Shown here one piece after another: positions 1 to 10,188 of a stretch of DNA of 64,000 bases. This stretch comes from Synechococcus sp. Its GTDB lineage: Bacteria; Cyanobacteriota; Cyanobacteriia; PCC-6307; Cyanobiaceae. Location of the stretch: assembly GCA_047284725.1 (NCBI GenBank), contig JBJBEO010000001.1:862044-926043 (forward strand), read 5' to 3'. Within the stretch, counting starts at the first letter, position 1; every line of letters starts with the position of its first letter. The notes beneath the pieces were generated by a model. It did no database searches, had not been told where the DNA came from, and saw nothing but the letters and a program-made list of their open reading frames with translations. The position numbers and the translations under genes were made by a program.

Positions 1-1
1 A

Positions 2-511
2 TTGCTCACGGCGAAGCCGATCATTTATGCCACCAATGTCAGTGAAGACGATCTGGCCTCCGGCAATTCCTACTGCGAGGAAGTGCTGGCCCTGGCCGAG
101 AAAGAGGGGGCTGAAACCGTCCGCATTTCCGCTCAGGTGGAAGCGGAGTTGATCGAGCTCGGCGATGACGAGCGTGCTGATTACCTGGAAGGTCTTGGCG
201 TGAGCGAAGGAGGTCTGCAGAGTTTGATTCGGGCAACCTATCGGTTGTTAGGGCTTCGCACATACTTCACCACTGGCGAGAAGGAAACCCGTGCCTGGAC
301 CTTCCGAGCGGGCATGACTGCTCCGCAGACGGCTGGAGTGATTCACACCGACTTCGAACGTGGCTTCATTCGTGCTCAGACCATCGGCTGGGAGAAACTC
401 CTGGAAGCAGGATCGTTGGCTGAAGCACGCAACAAAGGTTGGCTGCGCAGTGAAGGCAAGGAGTACGTCGTTGAAGAGGGCGACGTGATGGAGTTTCTGT
501 TCAACGTCTGA
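2..511 (+). CDS. ychF: Ribosome-binding ATPase YchF, C-terminal part (5' end outside window)
   Basis: ORF is open from the window edge. The conserved YchF C-terminus is present: IHTDFERGFIRAQTIGW...EGKEYVVEEGDVMEFLFNV. Confidence 0.9.
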   Translation: MLTAKPIIYATNVSEDDLASGNSYCEEVLALAEKEGAETVRISAQVEAELIELGDDERADYLEGLGVSEGGLQSLIRATYRLLGLRTYFTTGEKETRAWTFRAGMTAPQTAGVIHTDFERGFIRAQTIGWEKLLEAGSLAEARNKGWLRSEGKEYVVEEGDVMEFLFNV

Positions 512-940
512 ATCAGGGGCGTTGAGGGAAGCGATGGCTGGACTGCTGCTGTGGCGTAAGAGCTGCGGCGATCCCGATCAGATCAGGTCTTTGGCACTGC
601 TTCCGATCTCAGCTGGCGGCTGCCGGGAGTCTTGCTCTGAGGTCCAATCGGCCCAGGGCTTCCAGGCTGGCTCTGTGGCTGGTACGGCCGCTTCCACCAA
701 GGCATTGTCCGTCCAGTAGTCGGGGGACTCGAGGATGCCGAGATGCAAGAGACAGGCTGGTCCAGTCGACACGACTGAGGTCTACAGATTTTCTTCAGCA
801 TGGCCTGGCTCATCGCTCCGTGGCAACCTCTGGCGATCAGGTCGGACGAGCCTCTGATTCGGTCAAGCCGATTGTCTGATCCCATTACGGCTCACTGTCT
901 GAACACACGCCGCAGCCCGTTGCTTGAGCGCTTGCTCTGT

Positions 941-1180
941 TTATTGGGGGGTGTTGTTGAGGTTGGCCCGATAGGTTTTGCAGTGATAGGACGAGTGTTT
1001 GACGCGCGTGTTGGCGTTGTTGGCACAGTTGAAACCTTCCCTGAATGAGGCACGCTTGGCCTCATCCAGTTGCGCAATGCCCAGCACTCCAAGCGCAATC
1101 AGCACCACTAACGCAATCCCCGCACCAGTGCCTTGGGGGTAAAGCCTCGGAAGTGTTGGCTGACGCACGTTCTTGGGCAT
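941..1180 (-). CDS. Small hypothetical membrane protein
   Basis: 79-codon ORF with one hydrophobic span (GIALVVLIALGVLGIAQL). No family recognised, and coding status is uncertain. Confidence 0.3.
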   Translation of the reverse strand: MPKNVRQPTLPRLYPQGTGAGIALVVLIALGVLGIAQLDEAKRASFREGFNCANNANTRVKHSSYHCKTYRANLNNTPQ

Positions 1181-1249
1181 GGGCAGAGTGGTTGTGACGT
1201 CTGGAGTGTGATGAACGTCTGAATTACTTCAACTGAACCGCAGGCTCCA

Positions 1250-1651
1250 TCACCATGTCGCCTTTTTGAGCGATTGATAGGTCTTCCATGTCAGGTCATT
1301 GTCGAGGCCTGCCACACCAAGAACGGTGACACCCATTTTTTGATCGCACTCAATTTCCACGGATAAATACTCATTGGTGCTGTATCCGGACACCTTGCCG
1401 ACTCGGTGCTTTGTTGAAAGGGTGTCGTCGTAGAACGAATCAATTCCCTCTTTCTGGATTGCTTTTTTTGCTCCCGCAAGGCAATCCTCCACCTTGCCGC
1501 CGTGGGAGAAGGAGGTGACATACAGAAACGGTTTGGCGTTCACTGCGGGGGCGACTGCGAGCAGCACGGTGAACAGTGCACCCGTGGTGACGGTCAGTTT
1601 TGATTGGAACATCGCACCTGGGTGAAAACGCTTGAGCACCGTTGAGGGCAT
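1250..1651 (-). CDS. Hypothetical secreted protein
   Basis: Signal-peptide-like N-terminus (GALFTVLLAVAPAVNA/KP). The true start is probably the internal Met (MFQSKL). Confidence 0.6.
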   Translation of the reverse strand: MPSTVLKRFHPGAMFQSKLTVTTGALFTVLLAVAPAVNAKPFLYVTSFSHGGKVEDCLAGAKKAIQKEGIDSFYDDTLSTKHRVGKVSGYSTNEYLSVEIECDQKMGVTVLGVAGLDNDLTWKTYQSLKKATW

Positions 1652-1730
1652 GGGATGGTCGTCGAGCTTGGGAATTGTCGCTCACCTTCAGACCACGGTC
1701 TTGGCGTCATCCCGCACGTTGAAGCCTGCA

Positions 1731-3176
1731 CTACCTCCTCCGCGGCTGTTGACGCGATCCCACAGGATCGCTCGATTCTTCAGGGATCCCCCCAGCCCCA
1801 AGGCTGGGTTCATCAAGCGAAGCTTGCAAAGGAAGAGCAGCGAGACCTGCCGTGTAGCGCGGTCGTACGCCATCGAGCAGAGGCAGGCTGAACAGGCAAA
1901 GGGCTGCCATCAGTAACCACAGCAAAAGACCGTGCCCTTGACTGTCAAGCAATGCGCCAGCCACCAGTGGTGCCCCGGTGGCACTGATGGCAAAGCATTG
2001 CGAGAACAACGCCATGGCGACCCCTCGATGCTCCAGAGGCGTTTCTTCAACCATGGCCTCTGCCGCTGTCGGTAGGAAGGCGGCTTTGCCGAAGGCCATT
2101 GGCAGCACTGCCAAAGCAATCAGGCTGACGCCACCACTCCAGAGGGCTGAGCACGCCAAAAGCACGCAGCCCGCAGCAAAGCTGCACAGGCCAATGCCCA
2201 ATCCAAAGCGCAGGCTGCGTTGGGAGACCCAGTTCCCGACGGGCCACTGGAGCACCACCAGCCAGCCCAGTTCAAGGGCAAGAAGGGCGCCGCTCCAGGC
2301 TTCACTCAACGCGGGCCGTTCCAGGCCTCCGCGCACCAGATCGAGCGGCAGGGCACTTTGCAGCAGGGAGATCATTCCTGTCGCCACGATGCTCACCGCC
2401 AGGACGGGCACGAGTGGCACAAGCCACTGGAAACGTTGATGTGGTTCGGGCCGACGCGTCTGCTCTGCACCAACGGCATCCAGGTCTTGGTCGGTGATCA
2501 ACGCCCGCCGTCCGTCGGGGAGCGGGCGCCAGGCCAGCACCACCAGCATGGTGAGGACGGCCATGGCCTCCACGACATACACCGCGCGAATCACGCCAAG
2601 AGCGGCCAGCAGTGCTCCACCCAGGGCACCGATGGCCACCCCGAAGGCATCGGCGCTGCGGGCCAGGGCATAGCCGCGGCTTGATGGACATCCGCCGCTG
2701 CTGAGGGGAACAGCCAATTCAATGGCTGGAAAATAGAGCCCTGCTGCAATGCCGATCAGCATCTGGCCGCAGAGGTAGCCGCTGAAGCTGGAGCTGGGCA
2801 GCAGCACCAGATCAGCCAGCAGTGCCAACACGGCCGCCGCGCGAACAGGCCAGGAGCAACTCAGCCCTCGATCGAGCAGAACGCCGCAGAGCAGACGCAC
2901 CACAGTGCCCACCAAGGCTGCCGCTGCCAGACCTTGTCCCACCTGGCTGGCGCTCAGGTCGACATGGTGAAAGATGATCGGGGTCATATAGATGACGCCA
3001 CCCGCTCCGATCGAAGCGAGCAGACGGATCCACGCCACTTCCTGCAGCGCTGCGGGAAACTGGTTCCACCAGTTCAAGGGCCTTGGCCTTGCGACGACGA
3101 CGCTCAACAGGACGACCCACGCGTTGGTGGGCGGAGAAGGGAGTGGTGTGCAGTCTGGTGGTTTCGTTGCTGACAC
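1731..3176 (-). CDS. MFS-type transporter
   Basis: Many Gly/Ala/Leu-rich hydrophobic spans and an MFS motif-A-like loop (GVLLDRGLS). The 5' end overlaps the divergent ORF at 3083, so the true start is probably further downstream. Confidence 0.8.
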   Translation of the reverse strand: MSATKPPDCTPLPSPPTNAWVVLLSVVVARPRPLNWWNQFPAALQEVAWIRLLASIGAGGVIYMTPIIFHHVDLSASQVGQGLAAAALVGTVVRLLCGVLLDRGLSCSWPVRAAAVLALLADLVLLPSSSFSGYLCGQMLIGIAAGLYFPAIELAVPLSSGGCPSSRGYALARSADAFGVAIGALGGALLAALGVIRAVYVVEAMAVLTMLVVLAWRPLPDGRRALITDQDLDAVGAEQTRRPEPHQRFQWLVPLVPVLAVSIVATGMISLLQSALPLDLVRGGLERPALSEAWSGALLALELGWLVVLQWPVGNWVSQRSLRFGLGIGLCSFAAGCVLLACSALWSGGVSLIALAVLPMAFGKAAFLPTAAEAMVEETPLEHRGVAMALFSQCFAISATGAPLVAGALLDSQGHGLLLWLLMAALCLFSLPLLDGVRPRYTAGLAALPLQASLDEPSLGAGGIPEESSDPVGSRQQPRRR

Positions 3177-4738
3177 CGCTGACGGCCCCCGCCTCCTTGC
3201 GGGCTGCTGAACAGCTGGAGGTGAGCATCGATGGGGTTGTGATCCCTGTTGAAATCAACGATTTGCTCGCCTGGGCTCGTTCGGATGGGGAGTCCAACAC
3301 TGAATTGGGAATCTGGCTGGATCTGATGGACCCAGCCAGCAGAAAGGGCATGCTTGAGCTGCTGCAGGCACCGTTGATCACGGATCGCAGCATGGCCCGT
3401 CAGATGCTGAAGAGTTGGGCCGGCCGGCGGCTGGTGGATGAAGTGGCCGACCTGGTGCAGGTCGATGACGACACGGTGGGCGTCACGGTGCTCAATACGC
3501 TCGAGCGCTTGCTCAACCGTCAGCCGCAGGTCAACAGCCTGGATCTGCTCGAAGCGTTGCCCGCCGAACGCGTGCGCCTCGATCTCGACGGCCTGGTGGA
3601 TGCGGCCGATCAATGGCGCCAGCAACTCCAGCAGCAGCAGGCCCTGGTGCGGCGGCTCGATCGGATCCCCATCAAGGTCGCCGATCCGGCCCTTGCAGTT
3701 GTTTCAGAGCAGGGGTCCGTCGCACAACCGGAGCAGCAGCTCTTGCCTGTGCTCCATCGCCGGCGACCGTTGCAGCTTCAGCTCTGGCAACCCACCCAGG
3801 GGATGCGTTCCCGTCTAGGCCATCAGCGACGCACCTGGATTGTGCTGATGCCCGGGTTGGGCGGAAGCCCCGACCATTTCCGCTGGCTTGGACGCCTCTT
3901 GCGTGCCAATGGCTGGCCCGTGGTGGTGCTCGAGCATCCCGGCAGCGATGCCGAAGCGGTGGATGCCTGGTTGCAGGGGAAAAGGCCTCCCCCGGGAGCA
4001 GAGGTGCTGCCCGATCGCCTCAAGGATCTCGACGCCGTTCTCGAGGCCAAGGCCTCTGGGGTGCTGCCTGTGGAGGGTGAGCGGTTGGTGCTGATCGGCC
4101 ATTCCCTTGGTTCGCTCACCGCCTTGCTGGCCAGTGGACTGCGGCCTCGGTCGGGCCTGGATTGGCGATGTCAAAGGGCTCTTGATGACCTTCCCCTCAG
4201 CAATCTCTCCCGTTTGCTGCAGTGTCAGTTGACGGCCGTGAGCCTTCCCGAGAGCAAGGCCCCGGCTCAACTGGCGGGGGTGGTGGGCATGAACAGTTTC
4301 GGCAGCCTGCTCTGGCCGCGAAGGCGGCCTCAGCCCCTGCCCGTTCCGGCACTGTTCACCGGAGGCACCCTCGATCTGATCACCCCGCCTCTGCAGGAGC
4401 AGCTGGAGCTCCTGCTGGCCACTGCGCCACAGCCCGGCAGTGCTGCGGTCCTGGTGGCAGGCGCGAGCCACTTCTCTCCGATCCGTGTGGAGGGGCAGGA
4501 CGGCGACGGCCAGGGGGATGATCTCTTCCGGCTAGGGGAGGAGCTGGTGGGGGTGCAGCCGCTTGAGGTGCAGGCCTTGCTGGCCGACGAAATCGTGTCC
4601 TTTCTGGAAAGGATCGAGGCCAACAGCATGGCTTCAGAGCCTTTGGCTGCGGACGTTGGCCATCTCCATCGTCAGGTGGGCGAGCTGCATGTGCACCGCA
4701 TCGATGCGAGCGCTGCGGCCGGGTTGATCAGTGAGTAG
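3083..4738 (+). CDS. Alpha/beta-hydrolase with a cyanobacterial DUF1400-like N-terminal region
   Basis: Nucleophile elbow GHSLGS (G-x-S-x-G) and a hydrophobic signal-like N-terminus (SLVVSLLTPLTAPASLRA). The start codon is uncertain (possible GTG near 3143). Confidence 0.8.
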   Translation: MALRRRRSTGRPTRWWAEKGVVCSLVVSLLTPLTAPASLRAAEQLEVSIDGVVIPVEINDLLAWARSDGESNTELGIWLDLMDPASRKGMLELLQAPLITDRSMARQMLKSWAGRRLVDEVADLVQVDDDTVGVTVLNTLERLLNRQPQVNSLDLLEALPAERVRLDLDGLVDAADQWRQQLQQQQALVRRLDRIPIKVADPALAVVSEQGSVAQPEQQLLPVLHRRRPLQLQLWQPTQGMRSRLGHQRRTWIVLMPGLGGSPDHFRWLGRLLRANGWPVVVLEHPGSDAEAVDAWLQGKRPPPGAEVLPDRLKDLDAVLEAKASGVLPVEGERLVLIGHSLGSLTALLASGLRPRSGLDWRCQRALDDLPLSNLSRLLQCQLTAVSLPESKAPAQLAGVVGMNSFGSLLWPRRRPQPLPVPALFTGGTLDLITPPLQEQLELLLATAPQPGSAAVLVAGASHFSPIRVEGQDGDGQGDDLFRLGEELVGVQPLEVQALLADEIVSFLERIEANSMASEPLAADVGHLHRQVGELHVHRIDASAAAGLISE

Positions 4739-4768
4739 GGCCTTGTCGACGACGTCCTTGTGAGGAGC

Positions 4769-5788
4769 TCAGTAGCGGACCCGGGGATCGAGCAGAGCCA
4801 CCAGCAGATCGACCATCACACTCACCATCACCACCAGGGCAGCCACCACCACCACAATCCCCTGCACCACGGGGTAGTCGCGCTGGTTGATGCTCTCCTG
4901 AAGCCGAAGGGCGATGCCAGGCCAGGAGAAGGTTACCTCAATCAGAAGGGCGCCACCGATCAGGGACGCCACAGTGATGCCGGCGATGGTGAGGACCGGC
5001 AACATGGCATTGGGCAGGGCATGGCGCAGCACCACCTGGGCTTCACTGAGGCCGCGGCTCCTGGCCGCTTCCACGTAATCCGATCGCAAGGCCCGGCGCA
5101 GATTGAGGCGCAGCGCATTGGTGAACACGCCGCTGAGGAGAAGCCCCAGGGTGCAGGCCGGCAACACCAGATGGCGCAGGGCGCCGTTGAGGGCAACCCA
5201 GTCACCACTGATCAGGCTGTCGAGCAGCAGGAAGCCACTGCCACTGGGAGGGAGGAGGCTGGGGGGAAACCGTCCCCCCACAGGCAACCATCCCAGAATC
5301 ACGGCAAAGAGCAGCTGCACCAGCATCGCCACCCAGAAAGGAGGCAGGGCGTAGGTGCCGATTCCGTAGAAACGACCGGCCAGATCGAGCTTGCCTTCAG
5401 GGCGGGCAATGCCGCTGAAACCCACGGCGAGGCCACTCACAGCTGCCACCAGCAGGGCCGTGAGACTGAGCTCAAGGCTGGCCGGCAGGGCTTTGGCAAT
5501 GATCTGGCCCACCGGTTCCTGGTTGATCAGGGCTGAACCCAGGTCGCCATGAAGCAAACCGTTGATGAAATCACCGTATTGCTGGAGTAAGGGCTGATCG
5601 AGACCGAGCCGTTCCCGCAGCAGGGCCTTGGCGGCGGCCGGGGCGCGGCTGCCCAGCACGGCATCCACTGGATCGCCCGGGGCCACCCGCAGCAGCAGAA
5701 ACACCAGCGTGGCGATCAGCCACAGCATCACGGGTGCCAGCGCCAGCCTGGTGGCGCAATACCGCAGCAATTCACGCCCCCGTGCCAT
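4769..5788 (-). CDS. ABC transporter permease, peptide/nickel (DppB/OppB-like) family
   Basis: Typical N-terminus (LLRYCATRLALAPVMLWLIATLVFLLLRVAPGDPV) and multiple TM spans. I place the start at the internal ATG at 5788, which overlaps the upstream stop as TGATG. Confidence 0.85.
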   Translation of the reverse strand: MARGRELLRYCATRLALAPVMLWLIATLVFLLLRVAPGDPVDAVLGSRAPAAAKALLRERLGLDQPLLQQYGDFINGLLHGDLGSALINQEPVGQIIAKALPASLELSLTALLVAAVSGLAVGFSGIARPEGKLDLAGRFYGIGTYALPPFWVAMLVQLLFAVILGWLPVGGRFPPSLLPPSGSGFLLLDSLISGDWVALNGALRHLVLPACTLGLLLSGVFTNALRLNLRRALRSDYVEAARSRGLSEAQVVLRHALPNAMLPVLTIAGITVASLIGGALLIEVTFSWPGIALRLQESINQRDYPVVQGIVVVVAALVVMVSVMVDLLVALLDPRVRY

Positions 5789-7377
5789 CAGTGCTTCTCC
5801 CTCAGACGGGCCAGCATCAATTGACCACTGCCATCGAATTCGAGGGGCGCCAACCGTGTCTGGGCCCAGGCTTTCGGCGTCACCAGCCAAACCGGCAGAT
5901 ACGCGGCACCCTCAGCCGCTTCCCGATCGATCTGCAACAGCAGGTTCAGGCGCTTCTCCCCCAGCAGTGAATCGCTGCGGCGAAGGCTCTGTTCCAGGCC
6001 CGGGCGGGTCCAGAAGCTGCCACTGATCACCGCTTCCCCTTCTTCGCAGATGTCGCCCGAGGATTGCGTGCAACTGAGCAGCGGCGTCAGATAGGCCTCT
6101 GGGTCGGGATAGGAGCCCCCCCAATCGAGCATCACGGCCTTGAAGGCCCCTTCGCCCAGTTGGCGATAGACGGTGGTGGATTCCACTCCCTCCAGCTGGA
6201 GCACGATGCAGTCGGCCAGATCCCGGTTGAGCTGCGCTTGCCATGTGAGCGCCATGAGGCGATCAGAGGGCACGTTGGAGCGGTAGGTGAATGGCACCGT
6301 CAGGCGCTTCCCCTGGCAGTAGCCAGCCTTGCTCAACAAGGTGCGGGCACGCTCAGGGTTGTAGACGGGCCAGGGTTCCGGCTGGCCGCCGCGCAGGCTG
6401 GGGGGAACAAGCGACCGCAACGGTGTGCGTTGCTGGTGACTCACCCTGGCGCTGATCAGATCACGGTCGAGGCTGTGGGCGAGACCCTGCCTCACCAACG
6501 GTTGTTGCAGGGGGGGGTGATTGCTGAGCAGTGTGACGTAGCCGATCTGAAGCGCCGGCCCAGCACTGGCCTGAAGCAGTCCCTGCTCCGCGCGGCGATC
6601 GAGGGCCAGGCGTTGGTCTTCGTCGAGGGAATCGGACAGAAGCACATCCACTTCACCACTGCGCAGTGCACCGAATAACGCGGTGGAGTTACTCAGATTG
6701 ATCAGGTCAAGACCACCGTTCTCCGGGGGAGGGCCCCAGTAACGGCGGAAAGGCACCAGGCGTTGCTGCGTGGCGCTGTAATTGCTCAGGCGGTAGGGGC
6801 CCGTCCCTACGAAGTTGTCGTTGAGAAAGCTGTCTTGGTGGTTGACGTAGGCCTTGGGTGAGATCGGTGTGAGGTACTGGGACGTGAGCAGACTTTCCAG
6901 TGAACTGGAGGGGCGATTCAGTCGGAGGCGCAGCACATAGGGCTGTGGCGTTTCAATCGTGCGGATGCGATCCCCCACCACGTAACTCTGGGTGCCGATC
7001 CGAAGGAAGCGGCGCAGGCTGAAAGCCATGGCCTCGGCGTCGAAGCGGCTGCCGTCGTGGAACAGCACATCCCGCCGAAGTGGAATGGTGACCGTCAGTC
7101 CTCCGTCGCTGAGCTGGGGCGGCTGCGACGCCAACTGCGGGCGGAGCGTTCCATCGGTGTCGCGCTTGTAGAGCGTGTCGCCAAGGGCGTTGAGCAGCTG
7201 AAGGGTGCCGTAGGTGCTGGCTTGGGCCGGGTCGAGCGAGGCAATGCGGCCGGCGCTGGCCACGGTGATCCGATCACTGGGGGAGTGGTGCTGGCAGGCC
7301 AGTTGACTGAAGCCAAGCCCTATCACCATGGCAGTGACTGTGCCTGCTCCTGTCCAGTGACGATGGTGCGGCTGCAC
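5788..7377 (-). CDS. ABC transporter substrate-binding protein, family 5 (peptide/nickel type)
   Basis: 529-aa periplasmic-type protein with a signal/lipobox-like N-terminus. It sits immediately upstream of, and is translationally coupled to, the permease. Confidence 0.85.
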   Translation of the reverse strand: MQPHHRHWTGAGTVTAMVIGLGFSQLACQHHSPSDRITVASAGRIASLDPAQASTYGTLQLLNALGDTLYKRDTDGTLRPQLASQPPQLSDGGLTVTIPLRRDVLFHDGSRFDAEAMAFSLRRFLRIGTQSYVVGDRIRTIETPQPYVLRLRLNRPSSSLESLLTSQYLTPISPKAYVNHQDSFLNDNFVGTGPYRLSNYSATQQRLVPFRRYWGPPPENGGLDLINLSNSTALFGALRSGEVDVLLSDSLDEDQRLALDRRAEQGLLQASAGPALQIGYVTLLSNHPPLQQPLVRQGLAHSLDRDLISARVSHQQRTPLRSLVPPSLRGGQPEPWPVYNPERARTLLSKAGYCQGKRLTVPFTYRSNVPSDRLMALTWQAQLNRDLADCIVLQLEGVESTTVYRQLGEGAFKAVMLDWGGSYPDPEAYLTPLLSCTQSSGDICEEGEAVISGSFWTRPGLEQSLRRSDSLLGEKRLNLLLQIDREAAEGAAYLPVWLVTPKAWAQTRLAPLEFDGSGQLMLARLREKH

Positions 7378-7404
7378 GTTGGAAGATGCCCTGTAGGCGT
7401 CTAT

Positions 7405-7752
7405 TCAAAGGCTGTTGATGGCTCCCTGGGCATCCTTGTGGTGATCTGAAGTGTCCGTCTGTTGGATGTCCCCTAAGGACACCTCAAACACATCGGATCC
7501 ACCATGGGCCTGCAGCGGCCAGCGCCTCACCCAGCAGCGGTCGTGGCAATCATCAATGCCGATCACCTGGAACAGCTGTTGGCTGTCATCCAACTGAATG
7601 CAATCACCCTGATGCACATTCATCGATGACGCTTCGCTCGGCTGCTCACAGCGTTGACCGTTGACGAGCATCAGTTCGTTCGACATGAACAGTGCAATGC
7701 ACAGAACGGCGAATCCTGACCGTGTTAGGGCTGGATTGTTACCACTCTGCAC
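7405..7752 (-). CDS. Hypothetical protein, DUF3104-like
   Basis: Shares the LFQV-x-x-[IV]DD...WV core with the ORF at 10936-11265 (QQLFQVIGIDDCHDRCWVRRW). The start is uncertain because there are several internal Met codons. Confidence 0.5.
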   Translation of the reverse strand: MQSGNNPALTRSGFAVLCIALFMSNELMLVNGQRCEQPSEASSMNVHQGDCIQLDDSQQLFQVIGIDDCHDRCWVRRWPLQAHGGSDVFEVSLGDIQQTDTSDHHKDAQGAINSL

Positions 7753-7798
7753 GAAGGGGTGGTGGTGATGCGAGCTTTCGCTTCACGGGTGCGTTGCG

Positions 7799-9118
7799 TC
7801 AGAGGCAGCCCAGGTGAGCGGCAAGACCGCGCACGTCAGGCAAAGCCGTGATCGCATTCAGGGCAGTCCGCATGGAGCCGTTGTCGACTTCATGGGTGAT
7901 GACAACGATCTCGGCGCCTGCATCGCTGGCATCGAATTGCACGATCGACTGGATCGAGACGCCTTGCTCTCCGAAGCAGGAGCCGATGCGACCGATCACA
8001 CCTGGGGTGTCATCGGTGGTGAAGCGCACGTAGTTGCGTTGATGGATCCGGTCGCTGTTCACCAGGCGGCAGGCTCGCCAGCTGCTGGCGGCGAGCAGAG
8101 GGTCGAGATTGCCGTCGCTGTCGTTGAGCTGACGGATGCCGGCGATGTTGAGGATGTCGGCGACCACGGCCGAGGCGGTGGGACCAGCCCCGGCCCCTGG
8201 GCCATAGAACATCACCTGGCCGATCGGATCGCCTTCCACCAGGATGGCGTTGTTCACACCGTTCACTCCAGCGAGGGGATGGTCGCTGGGGACCAGGGTG
8301 GGTTGCACCCTGACCGCCAAGGGCTGGGATGTGGTGGCGCCTTCGCCAGCCTGATCGACCCGTTCCGCCACCGCCAGCAACTTCACGCCGTAATCGAGTT
8401 GGGTGGCGTAATCCACGTCGCGGCTCTGCAGGTCGCTGATGCCAGCGGTGGGAATGCCACTCCGATCGATCGGTCCGCCGAAGGCCAGGCCGGAGAGGAT
8501 GGCGATCTTGTCGGCGGCATCCAGGCCGTCCACATCTGCTGCGGGATCGGCTTCGGCGTAGCCGAGATCCTGGGCGTCCTTTAGCACGGCGTTGTAATCG
8601 GCCCCCTCCTGGGCCATGCGCGTCAGGATGTAGTTGGTGGTGCCGTTGATGATGCCGCTGACCCGCTGAATCCGGTTGCCGCCCAGGGATTGTTTCAGCG
8701 GTTCGATGATCGGAATGCCTCCTCCGACAGCCGCTTCGATCAGCACGTAAACCCCGGCCGCCGCCGCTGCAGCGGCCATTTCCTCGCCATGGCGGGCAAT
8801 CACCGCCTTGTTGGCTGTCACCACCGATTTGCCAGCGGCAATCGCGCGCATGATCAGGGTGCGGGCGGGCTCAATGCCGCCCATCACTTCCACCACAACC
8901 TGCACGTTGGGATCGTCAACCACGTCCTGGGGATCAGTGGTGAGCAAGCCAGGATCGAGCGCGACCGGTCGCGGCCGCTGCAGATCCCGCACGGCCACTC
9001 TGGCGATCTGCAGATCACCGATCAGGGGATGGCGTCCTTCCGGTGAGTTGAGGATGGCTGCCACCCCTGCGCCCACGGTGCCAAGTCCGAGTAGGCCGAT
9101 GCCGATCCGTGTCGCCAT
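7799..9118 (-). CDS. hom: Homoserine dehydrogenase
   Basis: NAD-binding N-terminus (IGIGLLGLGTVGAGV), the GIINGTTNYILT motif, and an ACT-like C-terminal domain. Confidence 0.92.
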   Translation of the reverse strand: MATRIGIGLLGLGTVGAGVAAILNSPEGRHPLIGDLQIARVAVRDLQRPRPVALDPGLLTTDPQDVVDDPNVQVVVEVMGGIEPARTLIMRAIAAGKSVVTANKAVIARHGEEMAAAAAAAGVYVLIEAAVGGGIPIIEPLKQSLGGNRIQRVSGIINGTTNYILTRMAQEGADYNAVLKDAQDLGYAEADPAADVDGLDAADKIAILSGLAFGGPIDRSGIPTAGISDLQSRDVDYATQLDYGVKLLAVAERVDQAGEGATTSQPLAVRVQPTLVPSDHPLAGVNGVNNAILVEGDPIGQVMFYGPGAGAGPTASAVVADILNIAGIRQLNDSDGNLDPLLAASSWRACRLVNSDRIHQRNYVRFTTDDTPGVIGRIGSCFGEQGVSIQSIVQFDASDAGAEIVVITHEVDNGSMRTALNAITALPDVRGLAAHLGCL

Positions 9119-9154
9119 GGGATGTGTCCGTTCACGTCGCTCAGTGCAACGACT

Positions 9155-9616
9155 TTATGCAGAGGGGGTTGTGGCGCTGGGGTCGAGTCGTGACGCCTGG
9201 GCCTGCATCATGCGGAGGATGTTGAGGAAGCCATTGGCGCGGGATGGGGTGAGGCTGGCCTGCAGGCCCGTCGCGGCAATGAAGCTGGGGTCCACTGCGG
9301 TCACCTGGGCCGGCGTGAGACCGTCGAGGCCCTGGATCAGGAGGGCTAAGAGTCCCTTGGTGATCAGGGCATCGGAGGCGCCCTGCCAATGCAGAACGTT
9401 GTTCTCAAGTTTTGCGTCCACGAACACCTGAGAGACGCAACCTTGCACCTTGCGCTCCTCGGTCTGCAGCTCTTCCGGCATCGGGGCTAATTTTTTGCCC
9501 AGCCAAAGAACGTACTCGTAACGTTTGCGTGCGTCAGAAGTGCTGTTCAGCTTCTCCGCCAGCCGGTCGAGGGCGGCACTGCCGAAGCGGCTGCGGGCGC
9601 TGGCGGATGGATCCAT
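9155..9616 (-). CDS. sufE: SufE-like cysteine desulfuration protein
   Basis: SufE-type core: KVQGCVSQVFVDAKLENNVLHWQGASDALITKGLLALL. Confidence 0.85.
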   Translation of the reverse strand: MDPSASARSRFGSAALDRLAEKLNSTSDARKRYEYVLWLGKKLAPMPEELQTEERKVQGCVSQVFVDAKLENNVLHWQGASDALITKGLLALLIQGLDGLTPAQVTAVDPSFIAATGLQASLTPSRANGFLNILRMMQAQASRLDPSATTPSA

Positions 9617-9622
9617 GGCGGT

Positions 9623-10090
9623 TCAGCCCTGTCGCAAGCGTTGAACCCTACCGAGGAGAGCCAGAGAGATGCCGGCTCCAGCTCCGCCAAGCGCTGTGAG
9701 CAGGGGGCGGGCGCTGAAGGGGGCCTGGCTGACCGCATCAATCTGCACCTGGCCTTGACGGATGGGCACGGTCAGATAGTCGCGGTGGCCCGGGCCGCCA
9801 TCCACCTGCAGGTCCACCTCGCCATCGTCGAGAGCAGGGAGTTCAAGGGTGAGTTTGCCGTTTGCGTCCATGCGCCCCAGTTCCCGGCCAGGATTTCCAT
9901 CGGCCTGCAGCAGTCGCACGATCGCTCCCTGGGCGGGTTCCCCGGTGGAAAAACCACTGCTCAACTCCAGTGAGCCGCTGAGGTACTGCAGGCTGGATTC
10001 GATCCCATGACTTTGCACCGCTGCAGGCCAGAGGCCACCCAGGGTGACTGCCGTGACTCCGAGCAGGAGATGGCGCAACGATCGGGGCAT
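9623..10090 (-). CDS. Hypothetical exported protein with C-terminal membrane anchor
   Basis: Signal peptide (LLLGVTAVTLGGLWPAAVQS/HG), a beta-rich middle region, and a C-terminal hydrophobic span (LLTALGGAGAGISLALLG). Confidence 0.6.
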   Translation of the reverse strand: MPRSLRHLLLGVTAVTLGGLWPAAVQSHGIESSLQYLSGSLELSSGFSTGEPAQGAIVRLLQADGNPGRELGRMDANGKLTLELPALDDGEVDLQVDGGPGHRDYLTVPIRQGQVQIDAVSQAPFSARPLLTALGGAGAGISLALLGRVQRLRQG

Positions 10091-10188
10091 GGTGATGGGG
10101 CCAGCGGTGGTTCCATCCTGCGGCCGATCTTGAGCAATGGGAAGGGGACCCGGTCATGCCCTGGTCGCCCAGGATCACCAGCTCGACC

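Noticed and set aside
522-1048. Several overlapping 60-100-codon ORFs on both strands between ychF and the 941-1180 ORF
   Set aside because: They are mutually exclusive overlaps with Pro/Arg/Ser-rich, motif-free translations. None can be supported, and the region may be non-coding.
4760-5536. 258-codon plus-strand His/Gly/Gln-rich ORF
   Set aside because: It is antisense to the ABC permease gene. Its low-complexity His runs reflect the complement of Val/Met-rich TM codons.
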